NCBI GenBank assembly: GCA_965203295.1
Contig: CBDBCZ010000016.1
Location: 96,001-160,000, forward strand
Source of the DNA: Nitrospirales bacterium
Lineage (GTDB): Bacteria; Nitrospirota; Nitrospiria; Nitrospirales; UBA8639
Reading direction: 5' to 3'
DNA: 64,000 nucleotides
A model generated the notes under the pieces. The model ran no database searches, had not been told where the DNA came from, and saw nothing but the letters and a program-made list of their open reading frames with translations. How positions within the stretch are numbered: position 1 is the first letter of the stretch; the number at the start of each line of letters is the position of its first letter. The position numbers and the translations under genes are program-made. Shown here in pieces: positions 27,960-42,653 of this stretch.

Positions 27960-30762
27960 TAGTTGTGGGTGAGAGTGGGTAAATATTTAATAACTCCCAT
28001 TCAATACAATTTTGTTACCTCATTTAACGTACCCTTGAAGTCTATACTATTAAAAAGCAGTTCACTAGCGTATAGTCCTACCTCCATCCAAATAATTAGG
28101 GCTAGTGTTTCAATCCTCCCGTGAATGCTGATGGTTGAAGATGAGAGTGGGTGCACTTTCAATATCTCTTTTTCGATACAGCTTCGATGTTAATTGATAG
28201 CTCGACTGATAAGGTGTCTAATACAAACTAGTTCACTAGACCAAGTCCTACCTCCATCCCAATAAACAGGATTAGTAGTTCAACCCTCCCCTGAATGCTG
28301 GGTGTGGGTGTGAGTGGGTGAACAGTCATGACAATAACTCCTTTTCGATACGATTTCGTTAGCTTATAGAAGGTCACACCCCCCTGATAGGTGGAAGCAA
28401 ACTCAAAACTAGTTCACTAGTCCTACCTCCATCCCAATAAACAGGAGAAGTAGTTCAACCCTCCCCTGAATGCTGTTATATTGATGGTTGTGGGTGAGAG
28501 TTGGTGAACAGTAAATAACTCCTTTTCGGTACGATTTCGTTAGCTTATGGAAGGTCACACCCCCCTGATAGGTGGAAGTGAGCTCAAAGCCAATTCACTA
28601 CTCCTACCTCCATCCCAATAAACAGGAGAAGTAGTTCAACCCTCCCCTGAATGCTGTTATATTGATGGTTGTGGGTGAGAGTTGGTGAACAGTAAATAAC
28701 TCCTTTTCGGTACGATTTCGTTAGCTTATGGAAGGTCACACCCCCCTGATAGGTGGAAGTGAGCTCAAAGCCAATTCACTACTCCTACCTCCATCCCAAT
28801 AAACAGGAGAAGTAGTTCAACCCTCCCCTGAATGCTGTTGTATGGATGGTTGTGGGTGAGAGTTGGTTCGAACAGTAGATATCTCCTTTCGGTACGATTT
28901 CGTTAGCTTATTGAAGGTCACACCCCCCTACTAGGTTGAAGTGAACTCAAAACCAGTTGACTAGTCCTACCTCCATCCCAATAAACAGGAGAAGTAGTTC
29001 AACCCTCCCCTGAACGCTGTTGTATTGATGGTTGCAGGTGAGATTTGCTGAACAGTAAATAACTCCTTTTCGGTACGATTTTGTTAGCTTATAGAAGGCC
29101 ACATCCCCCTGATAGGTGGAAGTGAGCTCAAAGCCAATTCACTACTCCTACCTCCATCCCAATAAACAGGAGAAGTAGTTCAACCCACCTCTGAATGCTG
29201 TTGTAGTGATGGTTGTGGGGGAGAGTTAGTGAACAGTAAATAACTCCTTTTCGGCACGATTTCGTTAGCTTATAGAAGGTCACACACCCCTGATAGGTGG
29301 AAGCAAACTCAAAACTAGTTCACTAGTCCTACCTCCATTCCAATAAACAGGAGAAGTAGTTCAACCCTCCCCTGAATGCTGTTGTATGGATGGTTGTGGG
29401 TGAGAGTTGGTGAACAGTAGATATCTCCTTTCGGTACGATTTCGTTAGCTTATTGAAGGTCACACCCCCCTACTAGGTTGAAGTGAACTCAAAACCAGTT
29501 GACTAGTCCTACCTCCATCCCAATAAACAGGAGAAGTAGTTCAACCCTCCCCTGAATGCTGTTGTATTGATGGTTGTGGGTGAGAGTTGGTGAACAGTAA
29601 ATAACTCCTTTTCGGTACGATTTCGTTAGCTTATAGAAGGCCACATCCCCCTGATAGGTGAAAGTGAGCTCAAAGCCAATTCACTACTCCTACCTCCATC
29701 CCAATAAACAAGAGAAGTAGTTCAACCCACCTCTGAATGCTGTTGTAGTGATGGTTGTGGGTGAGAGTTAGTGAACAGTAAATAACTCCTTTTCGGCACG
29801 ATTTCGTTAGCTTATAGAAGGTCACACCCCCCTGATAGGTGGAAGCGAACTCAAAACTAGTTCACTAGTCCTACCTCCATCCCAATAAACAGGAGAAGTA
29901 GTTCAACCCTCCCCTGAATGTTGTTGTATGGATGGTTGTGGGTGAGAGTTGGTGAACAGTAGATATCGCCTTTTCGGTACGATTTTGTTAGCTTATTGAA
30001 GGTCACAGCCCCCTACTAGGTTGAAGTGAACTCAAAACCAGTTCACTAGTCCTACCTCCATCCCAATAAACAGGAGAAATAGTTCAACCCTCTCCTGAAT
30101 GCTGTTGTATTGATGGTTGTGGGGGAGAGTTGGTGAACAGTAGATATCTCCTTTTCGGTACGATTTCGTTAGCTTATAGAAGGCCACACCCTGGAAGTGA
30201 ACTCAAAACCAGTTCACTAGTCCTGCCTCCATTCCAATAAACAGGAGAAGTAGTTCAACCCTCCCCTGAATGCTGTTGTATTGATGGTTGTGGGTGAGAG
30301 TTGGTGAACAGTAGATATCTCCTTTTCGGTACGATTTCGTTAGCTTATAGAAGGCCACACCCCCCTGATAGGTGGAAGTGAACTCAAAACCAGTTCACTA
30401 GTCCTGCCTCCATCCCAATAAACAGGAGAAGTAGTTCAACCCTCCCCTGAATGCTGTTGTATTGATGGTTGTGGGTGAGAGTTGGTGAACAGTAAATAAC
30501 TCCTTTTCGGTACGATTTCGTTAGCTTATAGAAGGTCACACCCCCCTGATAGGTGGAAGTGAACTCAAAACCTGTTCACTACTCCTACCTCCATCCCAAT
30601 AAACAGGAGAAGTAGTTCAACCCTTCCCTGAATGCTGTTGTATTGATGGTTGTGGGGGAGAGTTGGTGAATTATTAACAGTCAATAACTCCTTTTCGGTA
30701 CTTAGCTTATAGAAGGTCACACCCCACTGATAGGTGGAAGTGAACTCAAAACTAGTTCACTA
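27960..30762. repeat. Satellite, monomer about 181 bp, about 15 copies
   Basis: cctacctccatcccaataaacaggagaagtagttcaaccctcccctgaatgc recurs every 180-182 bp. Copies toward 27960-28400 are more diverged. Confidence 0.95.
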
Positions 30763-30768
30763 TTCAAA

Positions 30769-31365
30769 TATTGGGATAGGGTTGAAAACATAAGTGAAGG
30801 GGTTTCCTTGTGAACCTAGTGGTCTAAAGGGCCTAGATTGTTTTCCTTGAATAACAAGGACAAATGGATAAAACTAATATTCGCTCGCTTGTCAACATGA
30901 GTTCTTCAGGGGAAATAATGATCAGTACTATTTTCTGACTATTGGTTCTAGTTGAAATCACACTGGTATGGATTGCCAAGCATATCTCACATTTTAGCTG
31001 CCAGTAGTTGTAATTATGATTAGTGAGTAAGTCTTACGTTGGTATTCTAATGCTTGAAAGCCACACCTACTAACACCGTTCAATCCCCAAAACCCACAGC
31101 TGCATGTCTCCTAACTATTGGGCTGGGGTTAAAAACATAAGTGGAAAGGTCTCCTTGTGGTCTAAAGGGCCTAGATTGTTTACCTTGAATAATAAGGACA
31201 AATGGATGAAACTAGTATTCACTCGCTCGTCAACATGAGTTTTTCAGGGGAAATAATGATCAGTGCTATTTTCTGACTATTGGATCTAGTTGTAATCATA
31301 CTGGTATGATTTGCCTTGAATATCTCACATTTCAGTTCCACAAGACCAGAGTTGTGACTATGATT
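30769..31365. repeat. Diverged direct duplication (about 250 bp, spacing about 347 bp)
   Basis: tattggg...aaaacataagtg...gtggtctaaagggcctagattg...caggggaaataatgatcagt occurs twice. Confidence 0.8.
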
Positions 31366-31584
31366 ACTTATTTCAGTGTGCAAGACTTAGGTCAGTATTA
31401 TGTTAGTGCTATTTCCTTCACACTTACAATCATACTGGCATGGTATACCTAAAGCATTATTCCGTTAAGCATGATGACATGCATCTAATGAGAATTTTAA
31501 CAAATGGCATATTGTCAGCATATCTTGCCTCAGGTACTGCTTTAGTATACAAATGGGACCAAGATTCATTCAAAGTCCCTTTTG

Positions 31585-31728
31585 CCTAGAGTGTTCCCTA
31601 CCACTCTAAGGGTGTTGACGGTTAATCAGGTGTCTCTGCAACACCCTGGGGTGCCTACACCTTTTGTCATTAGGGTGTTTTATTACACCGCCTAAAGGGT
31701 GTTCTGCAACACCCCATTTTTAACAGTG
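31585..31728 (-). mobile_element. Terminus of a CACTG-type (EnSpm/CACTA-like) DNA transposon
   Basis: Ends ...ccccatttttaacagtg (CACTGTTAAAAA on the minus strand), with clustered AACACCC/GGGTGTT subterminal repeats. Confidence 0.55.
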
Positions 31729-32034
31729 TGCGAGAACTCGAAACTGCATGTAGCTCGCGAAGGGCTAGCTACACCAGACTGCGCTTATATCTACCTTTCA
31801 ACCACAGTTACGATGTCTGAAAAGTTGGAGTGCGCCCATTGCCGATGTCGAATGCCAGAGACAGTGCTGGAAAAATTATGCCCTCAGTGACAAGATGAGA
31901 TGTGCCGTGACAGAGAAGTCCAGTGATCATGCAACCAAAACAGCACCAGCAACCCCACTCAGTGGCGCATGAATATAGTAATTCTGCTCAAGACGAGCAG
32001 AAAATCGTAGGTGGGGGGTGGGAGTCTGAATTCG

Positions 32035-32098
32035 GTGGACTGGACTGGACTGGACTGGACTGGTCTACTGGAATGGAATACTGGAATGGAATACTGGT
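32035..32098. repeat. (GGACT)n / (CTGGAATGGAATA)n simple repeat, likely a transposon end remnant
   Basis: ggtggactggactggactggactggactggtctactggaatggaatactggaatggaatactgg. Confidence 0.7.
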
Positions 32099-32479
32099 CC
32101 AGGAATAGGCGGTGTTGTAGCATGCTCGTTAGTGATCGTGCCGGTTAGTGAAATATGAATAATGCAACGTTAGCGGACCTGCCAAATGTCATAATCGTTG
32201 TAATTACGTACGTGAACGTCCGTATTCGCGATTCATTAACGAGCACAGAAACTCGGAAGTTTGTGGGCCGTGCTGGTTTATGAAACCTGAGGCAAGAGCT
32301 AGACGGCTGTAAGTTCACTACGTGTATATGACTATGCGACTCAGCACTTGTCCAGGTATTAAAAACACACTGTAGGTGCGCAGAAACGGGCTCATAGGCT
32401 ACATCATTTCTGCCATGGAAGATTAGCTAGCGGGCTATATTATAGTCGCGACCTAGACAGCAATAGTATATTTCTGCCA

Positions 32480-33552
32480 GTTAGTGAGTCAAAATGGGTC
32501 TTTAAGTGTCCATCATACCGAAGTTTAAACTTGTTATCTATAGTGAAAGTCATGATTTTATAGCCGTGGAGTCTTTATAGTGTCCATCGGCTGTTTTATT
32601 GTTTACATTGTCTTTCCACTACCTGGCATGGCAGTTTACCCCCATGCTGATTAGTGAAAGTCATAGTTTTATAGCCGTGGAATCGATAAAGTATCCAACG
32701 GCTGTTCAATATCATCTACATTGCCCTTCCACTAACTGGCATGGCAGATTTCCACCATGCCGGTTAGTGAAATTTTATAGTCATGGGGTCCTTAAAGTGT
32801 CCATTGGCTGTTGGAATGTCACTTGCATTGTCCTTCCACTAACTGGCATGGCAGATTACCACCATGCCGGTTAGTGAAAGTCATAATTTTATAGTCGTGG
32901 GGTCCTTACAGTGTCCATCGGCTGTTGGAATATCACTTGCATTGTCCTTTCGCTAACTGGCATGGCAGATTTCCACCATGCCGGTTAGTGAAAGTCATAA
33001 TTTTATAGTCGTGGGGTCCTTAAAGTGTCGTTCGGCTGTTGGAATATCACTTGCATTGTCCTTCCACTAACTGGCATGGCAGAATACCCCCATGCCGGTT
33101 AGTGAAAGTCATAATTTTATAGCCGCGGGGTCCTTAAAGTGTCCATCGGCTGTTGGAATATCACTTGCATTGTCCTTTCACTAACTGGCATGGCAGATTT
33201 CCACCATGTCGATTAATGAAAGTCATAATTTTGTAGTCGTGGGGTCTTTAAAGTGTCCATCGGCTGTTGGAATATCACTTGCATTGTCCTTTCACTAACT
33301 GGCATGGCATATTACCCCCATGCCGGTTAGTGAAAGTCATAATTTTATAGCCGTGGAGTCGATAAAGTGTCCTTCGGCTGTTGAAATATAATTACAATGT
33401 CCTTCCACTAACTGGCATGGCAGATTTCCACCATGCTGGTTAGTGAAAGTCATAATTTTATAGTCGTGGGGTCCTTAAAGTGTCCATCGGCTGTTGGAAT
33501 GTCACTTGCATTGTCCTTTCACTAACTGGCATGGCAGATTACACCCATGCTG
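32480..33552. repeat. 114-bp tandem array (about 9 copies), each unit carrying a hairpin of the TIR motif
   Basis: ccatgccggttagtgaaa at 32862, 32976, 33090 and onward. Each unit contains CACTAACTGGCATGG-N10-CCATGCCGGTTAGTG. Confidence 0.92.
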
Positions 33553-36500
33553 GGTCTTTTAGCTGTATAGAAATGATTATTATTTACATACCCAGGTGGG
33601 TAGTGAGATCATTTAAGCATCCACTAGCCAATCTGATATCATGTATTCATGGTCCTTTGTAGTTGTGTCACTAGTATTATTATTGGTAATAATATCCAGC
33701 AGTAATAATAAAACCAGTAATGTACAAAATACTACATTGCATTTCAAATTACTATTCAATATCTTCTTCCTGTGATATTGACTTCTTCAGTTCATGGATC
33801 GACTTATATAATTCTGCTTGGCCAAACTGTACTCAATGTTAAACGCAACACTGATGATTGTGACCATCGCCTGCAAGAAGTGTACAAGGGCATATTTTAA
33901 AGGCTTATACACTGTATTTGTTTCCAAAGTCATGCAGGTGTTTCTGACCTCTGGCCAGAGAATTTCACGAGCAACTCGTGCTGCAGGGTGCTGGATTCCT
34001 GGGTCTTCTTTCTTTGCATGTTAAGCAATGGTTGTCAAGAAATATAAAATTTCCATCACCTGTATCTTAAGTAGTTGATGTGTTGATCTGCATGATTGTA
34101 ACATTTATATTTTAGTAGTATTTTCTTACAATCATAGGATGTGTACATGTAAGTGGCCAAGTATCTGCTGGAGTGGCTCTTTCCTTCAGGGTCGGTACGG
34201 TTTCCAAGTTTTCCCCAAACTCACTCTGCCCAGGATGCGCTGCAACACGTAACAACCACCCCTACAGCAAATACATCGCTTTTGTTTATGCTTCATTAAT
34301 AATTGCTTTTCCTAACCATTATTATTGTGTACATGCATGTGTCAACAAACCTCCGCCTCTTTCAGAGCCAAATGTATCACAGTTCTTGCTATCTCTAGAC
34401 ATCCATCTCTGTAAGAGACATTGCATACAATTATGGTTGTTTTGAGTACATGTAGGCGTCTTACAATAATAATATTGCATGCTCACCTCATCGGAGTCCA
34501 TGTCTAGAATAGAGCAAACCTCTAATGGTTCATATATAAAGTTGTTCATTTGTTACATATCTAAACAAGGATTCCTCCTGTGGGACAGTGCGCTCTAAGA
34601 AGGAAGGCACCAGGATCTGGATATCGCCTAGCCATGCAGTCATGAGTAATAAAGGGCACACTGAGTAAATGTGGATTCATGTACAAGCACAGCAAAGAAG
34701 ATTCTGGCCGAGGTCTAGCTTACCATATATCTCATCATCTTCTGTACTAGAGGTTTCGGTGGATGCATCGGATGCATCCGGTGAGTCTGAAATGAAATAT
34801 TACTCAAAGTTAGTAAATCAAGGCCTGTATGATCATGAGGTAAAGTTTACTTACCAGTTGGTTTTCTTTTGTGATGTTTCTGTCCAAAAAAAGCAACATG
34901 ACCCTGTTATTGTTCAAAATCAATGATTGTGGTATTAATGTGTTATTAGAGACATACCTTTGGAGTACAGAGTTTTATGTTTAACATACTATCAAAATCC
35001 AGTGAGCTCCCACATTCACTGGGATAATCAGCTTCTTAAGTTTCATCACCTTCTCCTGTGATTTGCACATCATTATGACATCTAGTCAGAATTGTACGTA
35101 TATACAGTAAAATTAGGTCAATACCTTGATGTAGTTCATGCACTTTTTCTCTGATTCTTTGTGTCCTGCCTTCCATCTCATTAGTGCTTCATAAAATAAA
35201 GTTGTAACACACAGCACCCGCTTACAAGGGCGTTTTGTGATTGGTAGCTGAATGAATGTGCATAAAAAGCTTCTTACTAATACGTATATGTACTTGCTGG
35301 TTAGGTAGACAATAAATGTTTCACATACAATACCTTCATTATTCGTTTCTCTTCCTCTGCATTCAGAATCATCATGTAGAAATTTATCACCTGAGTGGTA
35401 TGAGCATGCTCTAGTTAGCATGCTTTTTATGTTACTGATACTTATATACCTGATCATTAAGCCACTGGCCATAGGCAATATTCCGGAGATCATCTGCACA
35501 AACTGCCAAAGTTCCTAGAGTAAGCACTGCGGTCGATGAATGAATACCTGTATTGAGTAGGGAGTCACATAATATTCATTATGTGCATGTACTCTGATAA
35601 TATGACTAACAATACCGTCTTTTTCCAGTGGCGAGTGCAGCATATTGTCATTGTCCTCGCTGTAACAATTAGGGATTAAGCAAAATATAAGGATAAAGTC
35701 AAGATGACCAACATTGTCGACTATATACATACCTATTATTGGGTGATTGTGATGAGTCCATCCCACTACTATCAGTGGAAGTGTCGTGGTTCACAACTGT
35801 TGGCCTATACCATCAGAAGTGATAATTATAGGTGAACATTTCTTAGTGTATACACTATCTCTTAGATGCATGCATGCTACCCATGAAACGTACACATTTT
35901 TTTGCACAACACCACAGGTTTTCATGTGTGAGTTGATGAGTCGCATCAGATAGTGGACCTGACAGTTATGACACCGAATATCCCAAACTAAAGAACAGTC
36001 CAGCATTGGTCCTGCTGAATAATACATGAACAGATGATCAAAAAGGAATATTATCACTTGTTTCAAATTCTGTAATACCTCAATGCTAAGATTCCCTAGG
36101 TTTGATGTGATGGTGACTGTACATTTGGAAAACATTCTCGACACGATAAATCACGTTCAGTTTTTGATGTTATTGCCACACTTCCATCTGTAACAAATGA
36201 AGAGTGAATTGTACAGCATGCAAAAAGCACTGATAATAGCCGTTATTCTCACTCATTGTGGTAGCCCCTTGCGTCTCTTTAGTGAATGTTTTGATTCTTT
36301 TTCTAGGTGGTGTAACTATATGTAGAAAGATATGAAAAATTGAATGACAACACATATGTATCTTTAAAAAGTGATGCATGGTGGCATGCCTTCAGAATCA
36401 CTGTCTCTATTGTGAGGTACTGTATCCAAGAAAGCTGTTCCTTCCATGTCTGTAGTTGGAAAAAGAATTCAGTTCCTCAACAGATGTATTGGTTGTAGAA

Positions 36501-36844
36501 ACCAATTCCATTGACTGACCTGTGCTTAATTGTGCTCTTGGTTCATTGTCATAATCATAATCTTGCACATTGATTGAGCTCTAGCTGTTATAGACATGTA
36601 CACAGTAGTAGTTAAATAGAAGGTCTAGTGTAGGTTTAAAAATGTACTTATGGGTTCTTCTACTTTAGCCGTCTCTATTGATGTCTTCAAATGTGGGTGA
36701 TTGCTAAGAATGCCTATTTGGAGCAAAATAAAAAAGCAGTAAATATACAATACATACACATTGATAGACCTGTACTGAATACAGGCCCACGTACACAAGT
36801 TATTAACGCTCACTCTTTATACCTGCATGTAAATGAGCCAGCAT

Positions 36845-37460
36845 ATAAGGGCAAGGTAACCAGTATAACCAAATACAGTGACACAGAGAGGAGCACTACG
36901 GGATGCATCATGCAATGTACAGTATATGAGGTAAGTAGGTTCAACTTCCGTTGCTAACAGGACATCCTGCCTACCTCCAAGAATGTAGTTAAACTGTACA
37001 GGAAATTTAAGTAATCAACAAAATAGTGCGAAAACAGGAGAATGACATAACTGGAATTCTAGAAAACTGGGCCAGGCTCTTCCTGTGCATAACTCAACTA
37101 AGTAAGGACAAGGTAACCAGTATAACCAAATACAGTGACACAGAGAGGAGCACTACGGGATGCATCATGCAATGTACAGTATGAGGTAAGTAGGTTGCTA
37201 ACAGGACATCCTGCCTACCTCCAAGAATGTAGTTAAACTGTACAGGAAATTTAAGTAATCAATTAAAAAAGTGTGAAAACAGGAGATTGACATAACTAGA
37301 ATTCTAAAAAAGCTAGGGCAGGTTCTTCCTATGCATAACTCAACTAAATAAGGGCATGGCAACCAAATACAGTGACACAGAGAGGAGCACCATCATACAG
37401 TATGCAGTATGAGGTAAGGGGGTTGCTAACAGAACATCCTACCACCTCCAAGGATGTGAT
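36845..37460. repeat. Tandem repeat of about 250 bp, about 2.5 copies
   Basis: aaccaaatacagtgacacagagaggagcac...gaggtaag recurs near 36867, 37124 and 37361. Confidence 0.85.
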
Positions 37461-39322
37461 TACAGAGTTCCTATTACGGTAATTATGTGGCTTCATCACA
37501 ATTGTGGTTTTTATAGCAGCTGCAGCTTGGAGGGTTGAGCCACCTTGTGCATAATAGTGGAGGCGGGGCTGTGTATTACTGCCGATCTGATATGTATATA
37601 GTACTGCATGCTATAATTGTACATTATTTTATACTCCATGTGCTGGGACAACACTATCGCGGGAATGAGCAATGTGCATAATTTGTGTGCACTCGGGCTG
37701 AGGTTTAAAGGACTTCATGGTGGCAAATTAATACTATTTCTGATGCCATCAGAAAACATAATTTAAATCTGAATTAATGATTTTTGTTTCTTCCATCCCT
37801 TCAACCACCCACCACCAAAAAAATATGTTTCTTGGTGTAAAGATACAATATTAAACTTGATTATGTTTTAGAAATGACGAGCAAAAGGTGAAATGATCTG
37901 CAGCCATTAGGATTGTAACGAGGTAGCCTGGTAGTAGTACAACACTGCATGAGAGGGCCTGAGAGGGGAAGGAGTGATAGATAACACCACATTTAAATCT
38001 CTTTCCCATGTAGCTAGAATTCTTGAGATCTTTCCGTTTCCAGGGGATTGGAATGTATCTTAGTCCCCAGGACTCTGACACAGTCTAGGCACGAGTCCAC
38101 ATACACTATCTATGATGAGACTTTATACATTCAGCTAGAAATGGTGGGGATTAGAGTTATTCTGCATGTCTACCAATGTATCTCCCTGGACACACCACAC
38201 TTTTAGCCATTTAAGCTCTTCTGTATCTCAGCGAATCCGCTCACTTTCAGTACAGTATCTAAATACCGAATCGCTGCTGTTGCGTGAATTTCAGCATAGA
38301 TAAATGAATACCTCAAACGCACGCAAAGGCAGCGGTTCGCACGCTATTCCGTACCGTCTCAAGACTACGCCCATGCTCCCGCACACACGTGCAGCATTTA
38401 ATTTATAGGGTTATCTCATTCCACTAACCGGCACGATCTCTAACCGGCACGCTACACACACGTGCAGCATTTAATTTATAGGGTTATCTCATTCCACTAA
38501 CCGGCACGATCACTAACCGGCACGCCACAGGCCGGATGCTTGTCACGAGAGGGCATGATCACAAAGTTTGCAGCGTGAACTTTTATGTGATGGTGGAGTG
38601 CGAAATTAGTACAGTGTTTCTTTTGTTTTGTGTTTTTTTCCTGCATTGTGCGTATTGTAGGTCTCTAACTAGCGGCTATGATTTGTGCGGCTGGAAACTG
38701 GGGACGTCCGCGGCGGACGTGAGTCGAGAGCAGACAGAGTGGCCCGGAGATATGGCCGGTTCTAGTATACGTAGTCCCATCGTGATAAGCGATGACGAAA
38801 CGCCTTCAAAAGCCGGCACGGCAGGATACTGGGAGACAAGTATAGGTATATAGTCGGTTGTGTCTTCATTCACCGCATGCTGCAGTAGTTTTATTAGCAT
38901 AGTGCTGCAGTAAATTTATTTTGCACTTGGATGCAGGCATGTTGTGGAATCCTTCGACTCGGAATCCGATGTGGAATCCGTCGACTCGGACTCTTGACAT
39001 ACTACATAGCCCTGCAGGTGAGTACAGTTGCATGCTGTTTTTTTGAAAGTATTGTGCTGCTGCAATTGCCATTTCGCTGATAAGAAAGGCTTACCTGCGC
39101 TAGTGTCATAGGCTCAAAAGGGGGGGGGGGGGGTATTTACCATGCAAGTCCAAACTGCGCCCACATTATCTCGTGATGATCGAAAGTGTAGTGAGTGCAG
39201 AATCTGTTACAGTACATCCCACTTTCTGGAGCTACTCGTAGATCTGATTCACTGTTAACCTTAGCTTCAAAGGAGCCTACATATCCAGACATCAAGAATA
39301 AAGACTTGCAGTCTGGAATTGC

Positions 39323-40051
39323 GGCCTGTCACTGGAATTTTAGTCCTAGAAATAAAGTGGTCCTAGGGCCAAAGAAATTTTTGGTTTCCCGGACCATTTT
39401 TCCCAGCAAAATTGGTCCTACCCTGAAAATTTTGTTCCCCTCATCAAGTTTCCAGCAGAGTTGGTTTTACCTTGAAAATTTGCCTTCCTTCATATATGTA
39501 AGCTTACATGTATGGCATAGTTATCATCAACCGTTTAAATTAGTTAGCCATTAGGTCGCTTAATACAAAGGTATGAAACAGGCATCGATATCCTACAAAC
39601 TGATGCAGTAGCTACACTGGGACTTTGTCAACTGACTGTAAAGTCGATTCTGTGCTGTACAAGATCATTGACATTTTCCCTCTCTCGAAGCAGTTCCACA
39701 AATGGCGACGCATTTTTTCTTGGTCGAAGTGGTACTGGCCTGGGAGCTCTATAATGTACAGATCTAGCTTCATGTATACACTCACGCGCACGGTATGATG
39801 AGGCTATTGACGGTAGGCGTAGGCTGTGACAAGAAACAAGCCAATACAATACACTCGAACATGTAGCCATCCACCTTAGTGTAACAGTAGTCGTCCACTC
39901 TTACTATCAAGTGCGTATTAAAGACAGTAGCGGGCGGAATTCGCTTGTGGCGCAGGTTGCACCATTGTTTTCAGTAGGGTACCAAAATTTTCTGGAAAAT
40001 AAGTCCACCTGGACTGCTTGGTCCCCCAGACCAATTTTTCCGTGACAGACC
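39323..40051. mobile_element. Non-autonomous TIR element (GG(C/T)CTGTCAC ends)
   Basis: GGCCTGTCACTGGAATTTTAGTCC at the left and GACCAATTTTTCCGTGACAGACC at the right, with GGTCC/GGACC subterminal repeats. Confidence 0.7.
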
Positions 40052-40718
40052 ATTACTCTCCATCGAAGGATAATATGTCGTTATAGAACCACTGATACAG
40101 CCAAGGCTTAAGCAGCATAATATCTATCTTGGATTTGGAGAGATCTACCGCAAATGTTTCAAGCGGGGTAAAAAAAGCCCAGGGGCAAGAATATTGTTTA
40201 TGTGTGCAGTCTTCCACCATTGGAACTATTTTTTACTTTAATCCTATATAGTTTTTGTGGCCTTCAGCTGCTCTATTGTTGCACATGTGGTCCTTGTCAA
40301 GAATTTTCAGTAATTCTGTACTTTTGGTATAGGGCCTAATTAAAATTTGTGGGGAACTTGTGGGTAAGATGAACGCTATATAGCATGAAGAAAACTTCTG
40401 GATGGTGTCACTTCTAAATAGTTAGCTGCTTTGTATGGTATTGTGGTATACTTGCCACTAAGGAGAGGGAGCTCTCAAGCTTGAGTTCATTGAAAGTGCA
40501 AGTTTGTCTGCCACAGTGCCACTGTGGCTTCTAGGGAGGGCCTTACCCAGCCTTAGGGATGAGGCTATTATGCTAAAAAATCTGCCCATTATGCCATCCC
40601 ATAATGCTCCAGAGCTGTCCAATTGTGCTCTTGATGTTCCCTATTATGCTCACAAAAATGTCATGTAAAAATGTTTATAGAACATAATGCCAGAGGTTGG
40701 GTACTTAATGAAATGTAA

Positions 40719-41302
<584 letters not shown>

Positions 41303-42227
41303 ATTTGATGTTATGCACTACCACTATCTGAGTCTAAGTCTGTCACTGTCAAATGGGTTTTGCTGGACTACCAGTGCCAATATTGCTGCTGACAGTGCTA
41401 CTCTCTTTTCTCCATATGTGAAAGGTCAATTATGCTCATACTTCTACCGTTTATGCCCACATTATAATGTAACTGTGGGTAATATGGCAGCACATAGTTG
41501 TTGCACAGTGGCTTCTAGGGTGGGCCAGGGCCTGGCACCAGGCTAGTGATGTAACTCTGTATAATCTGGGCTAGTGATGTAACTCTGTATAATCTGGGTG
41601 CCCTAGGTTTGGTGGTGCACTTGCCCAATGGCTTCTAGGGAGGGCCCGGCGCCAGCTTAGTGATGTAACTGGGGCCCGGCGCCAGCTTAGTGATGTAACT
41701 GTCCATAATCTGGCAGCCCTAGGTGTTGGTGGTGCACTTACACAATGGCATTTTAGGGTGGGCCTGTTAGTGATGTGGTGTGCATACATTTTATGATAAG
41801 AAGGGATTCTCTTTTTTTCCCTCTCTATCATACTACAGACTGCAGTGATTCTGAAAGCTCTGGTGATGGTGGAGATGGACACGAGATTGTCAAGTAAGCC
41901 CTTGGCTATATGCTTATTTGCTCACACCTTTAGTTATTCATTCTACCTACGCCTTTACTTATTCATTCTAGCTACATGTATATATAGGTTTTCAGTCCTT
42001 ACCACCCCAGCTTTTGCCTTGCGGCCATGGAGAAAAAGCAAGGGGAAAGGCCTGGTATTAATTGACGTGTGCTGTGATGTGTTTTTGTGCCCACGCACTA
42101 ATTGAGTGCAGGTACATATCAATCAATGTGGCTACTTCAACTAATAGTTTCGGTCTTGTGTACAAGTAGGAGCCTATGATTGATTCATGTGTTCCCAATA
42201 GAAGGTAGGGACAGAAATTAGTTGCAT

Positions 42228-42653
42228 ATAGGCAACAGCAGCAGCACAACCCAGAAGAGTGGTTTAGGGAATCTTTTGGAGTTGTGGAGGCTTTGAGAAA
42301 TGCCAGTTTTTTGTTTTGTTTGTCCCAAGAGGTAGACTCAAGGTTTCACAAGCATTTTGATAGGCAACAGCAGCAGCACAACCCAGAAGAGTGGTTTAGG
42401 GAATCTTTTGGAGTTGTGCAGGCTTTGAGAAATGCCAGTTTTTTGTTTTGTTTGTCCCAAGAGGTAGACTCAAGGTTTCACAAGCATTTTGATAGGCAAC
42501 AGCAGCAGCACAACCCAGAAGAGTGGTTTAGGGAATCTTTTGGAGTTGTGCAGGCTTTGAGAAATGCCAGTTTTTTGTTTTGTTTGTCCCAAGAGGTAGA
42601 CCCAAGGTTTCACAAGCATTTTGATAGGCAACAGTAGCAGCACAACCCAGAAG
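42228..42653 (+). repeat. 132-bp tandem repeat (about 3.2 copies), open in one frame as a 44-aa unit
   Basis: Near-identical units at 42231, 42363, 42495 and 42627 encode QQQQHNPEEWFRESFGVVQALRNASFLFCLSQEVDSRFHKHFDR. Confidence 0.9.

Larger units (their letters stand above)
32110..38532 (-). mobile_element. Large decayed TIR DNA transposon (about 6.4 kb) with an internal satellite and Cys-rich coding relics
   Basis: Left end ...gttagtgatcgtgccggttagtgaaat is inverted to right end attccactaaccggcacgatcactaaccggcacgccacaggcc. Broken minus-strand Cys/His-rich segments (YYCKTP; IRCHNCQVHY) lie at 34.2-36.4 kb. Confidence 0.6.

Noticed and set aside
28400..30760. 39-nt minus-strand micro-exon (cag|GGGAGG...GGAG|gtagga) in the 181-bp satellite
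   Set aside because: The donor is weak, there is no polypyrimidine tract, and there is no phase-matched partner exon. Support is insufficient.
27960..33552. Tandem arrays as CRISPR arrays
   Set aside because: Whole units repeat with no unique spacers, no cas genes are present, and the context is eukaryotic.
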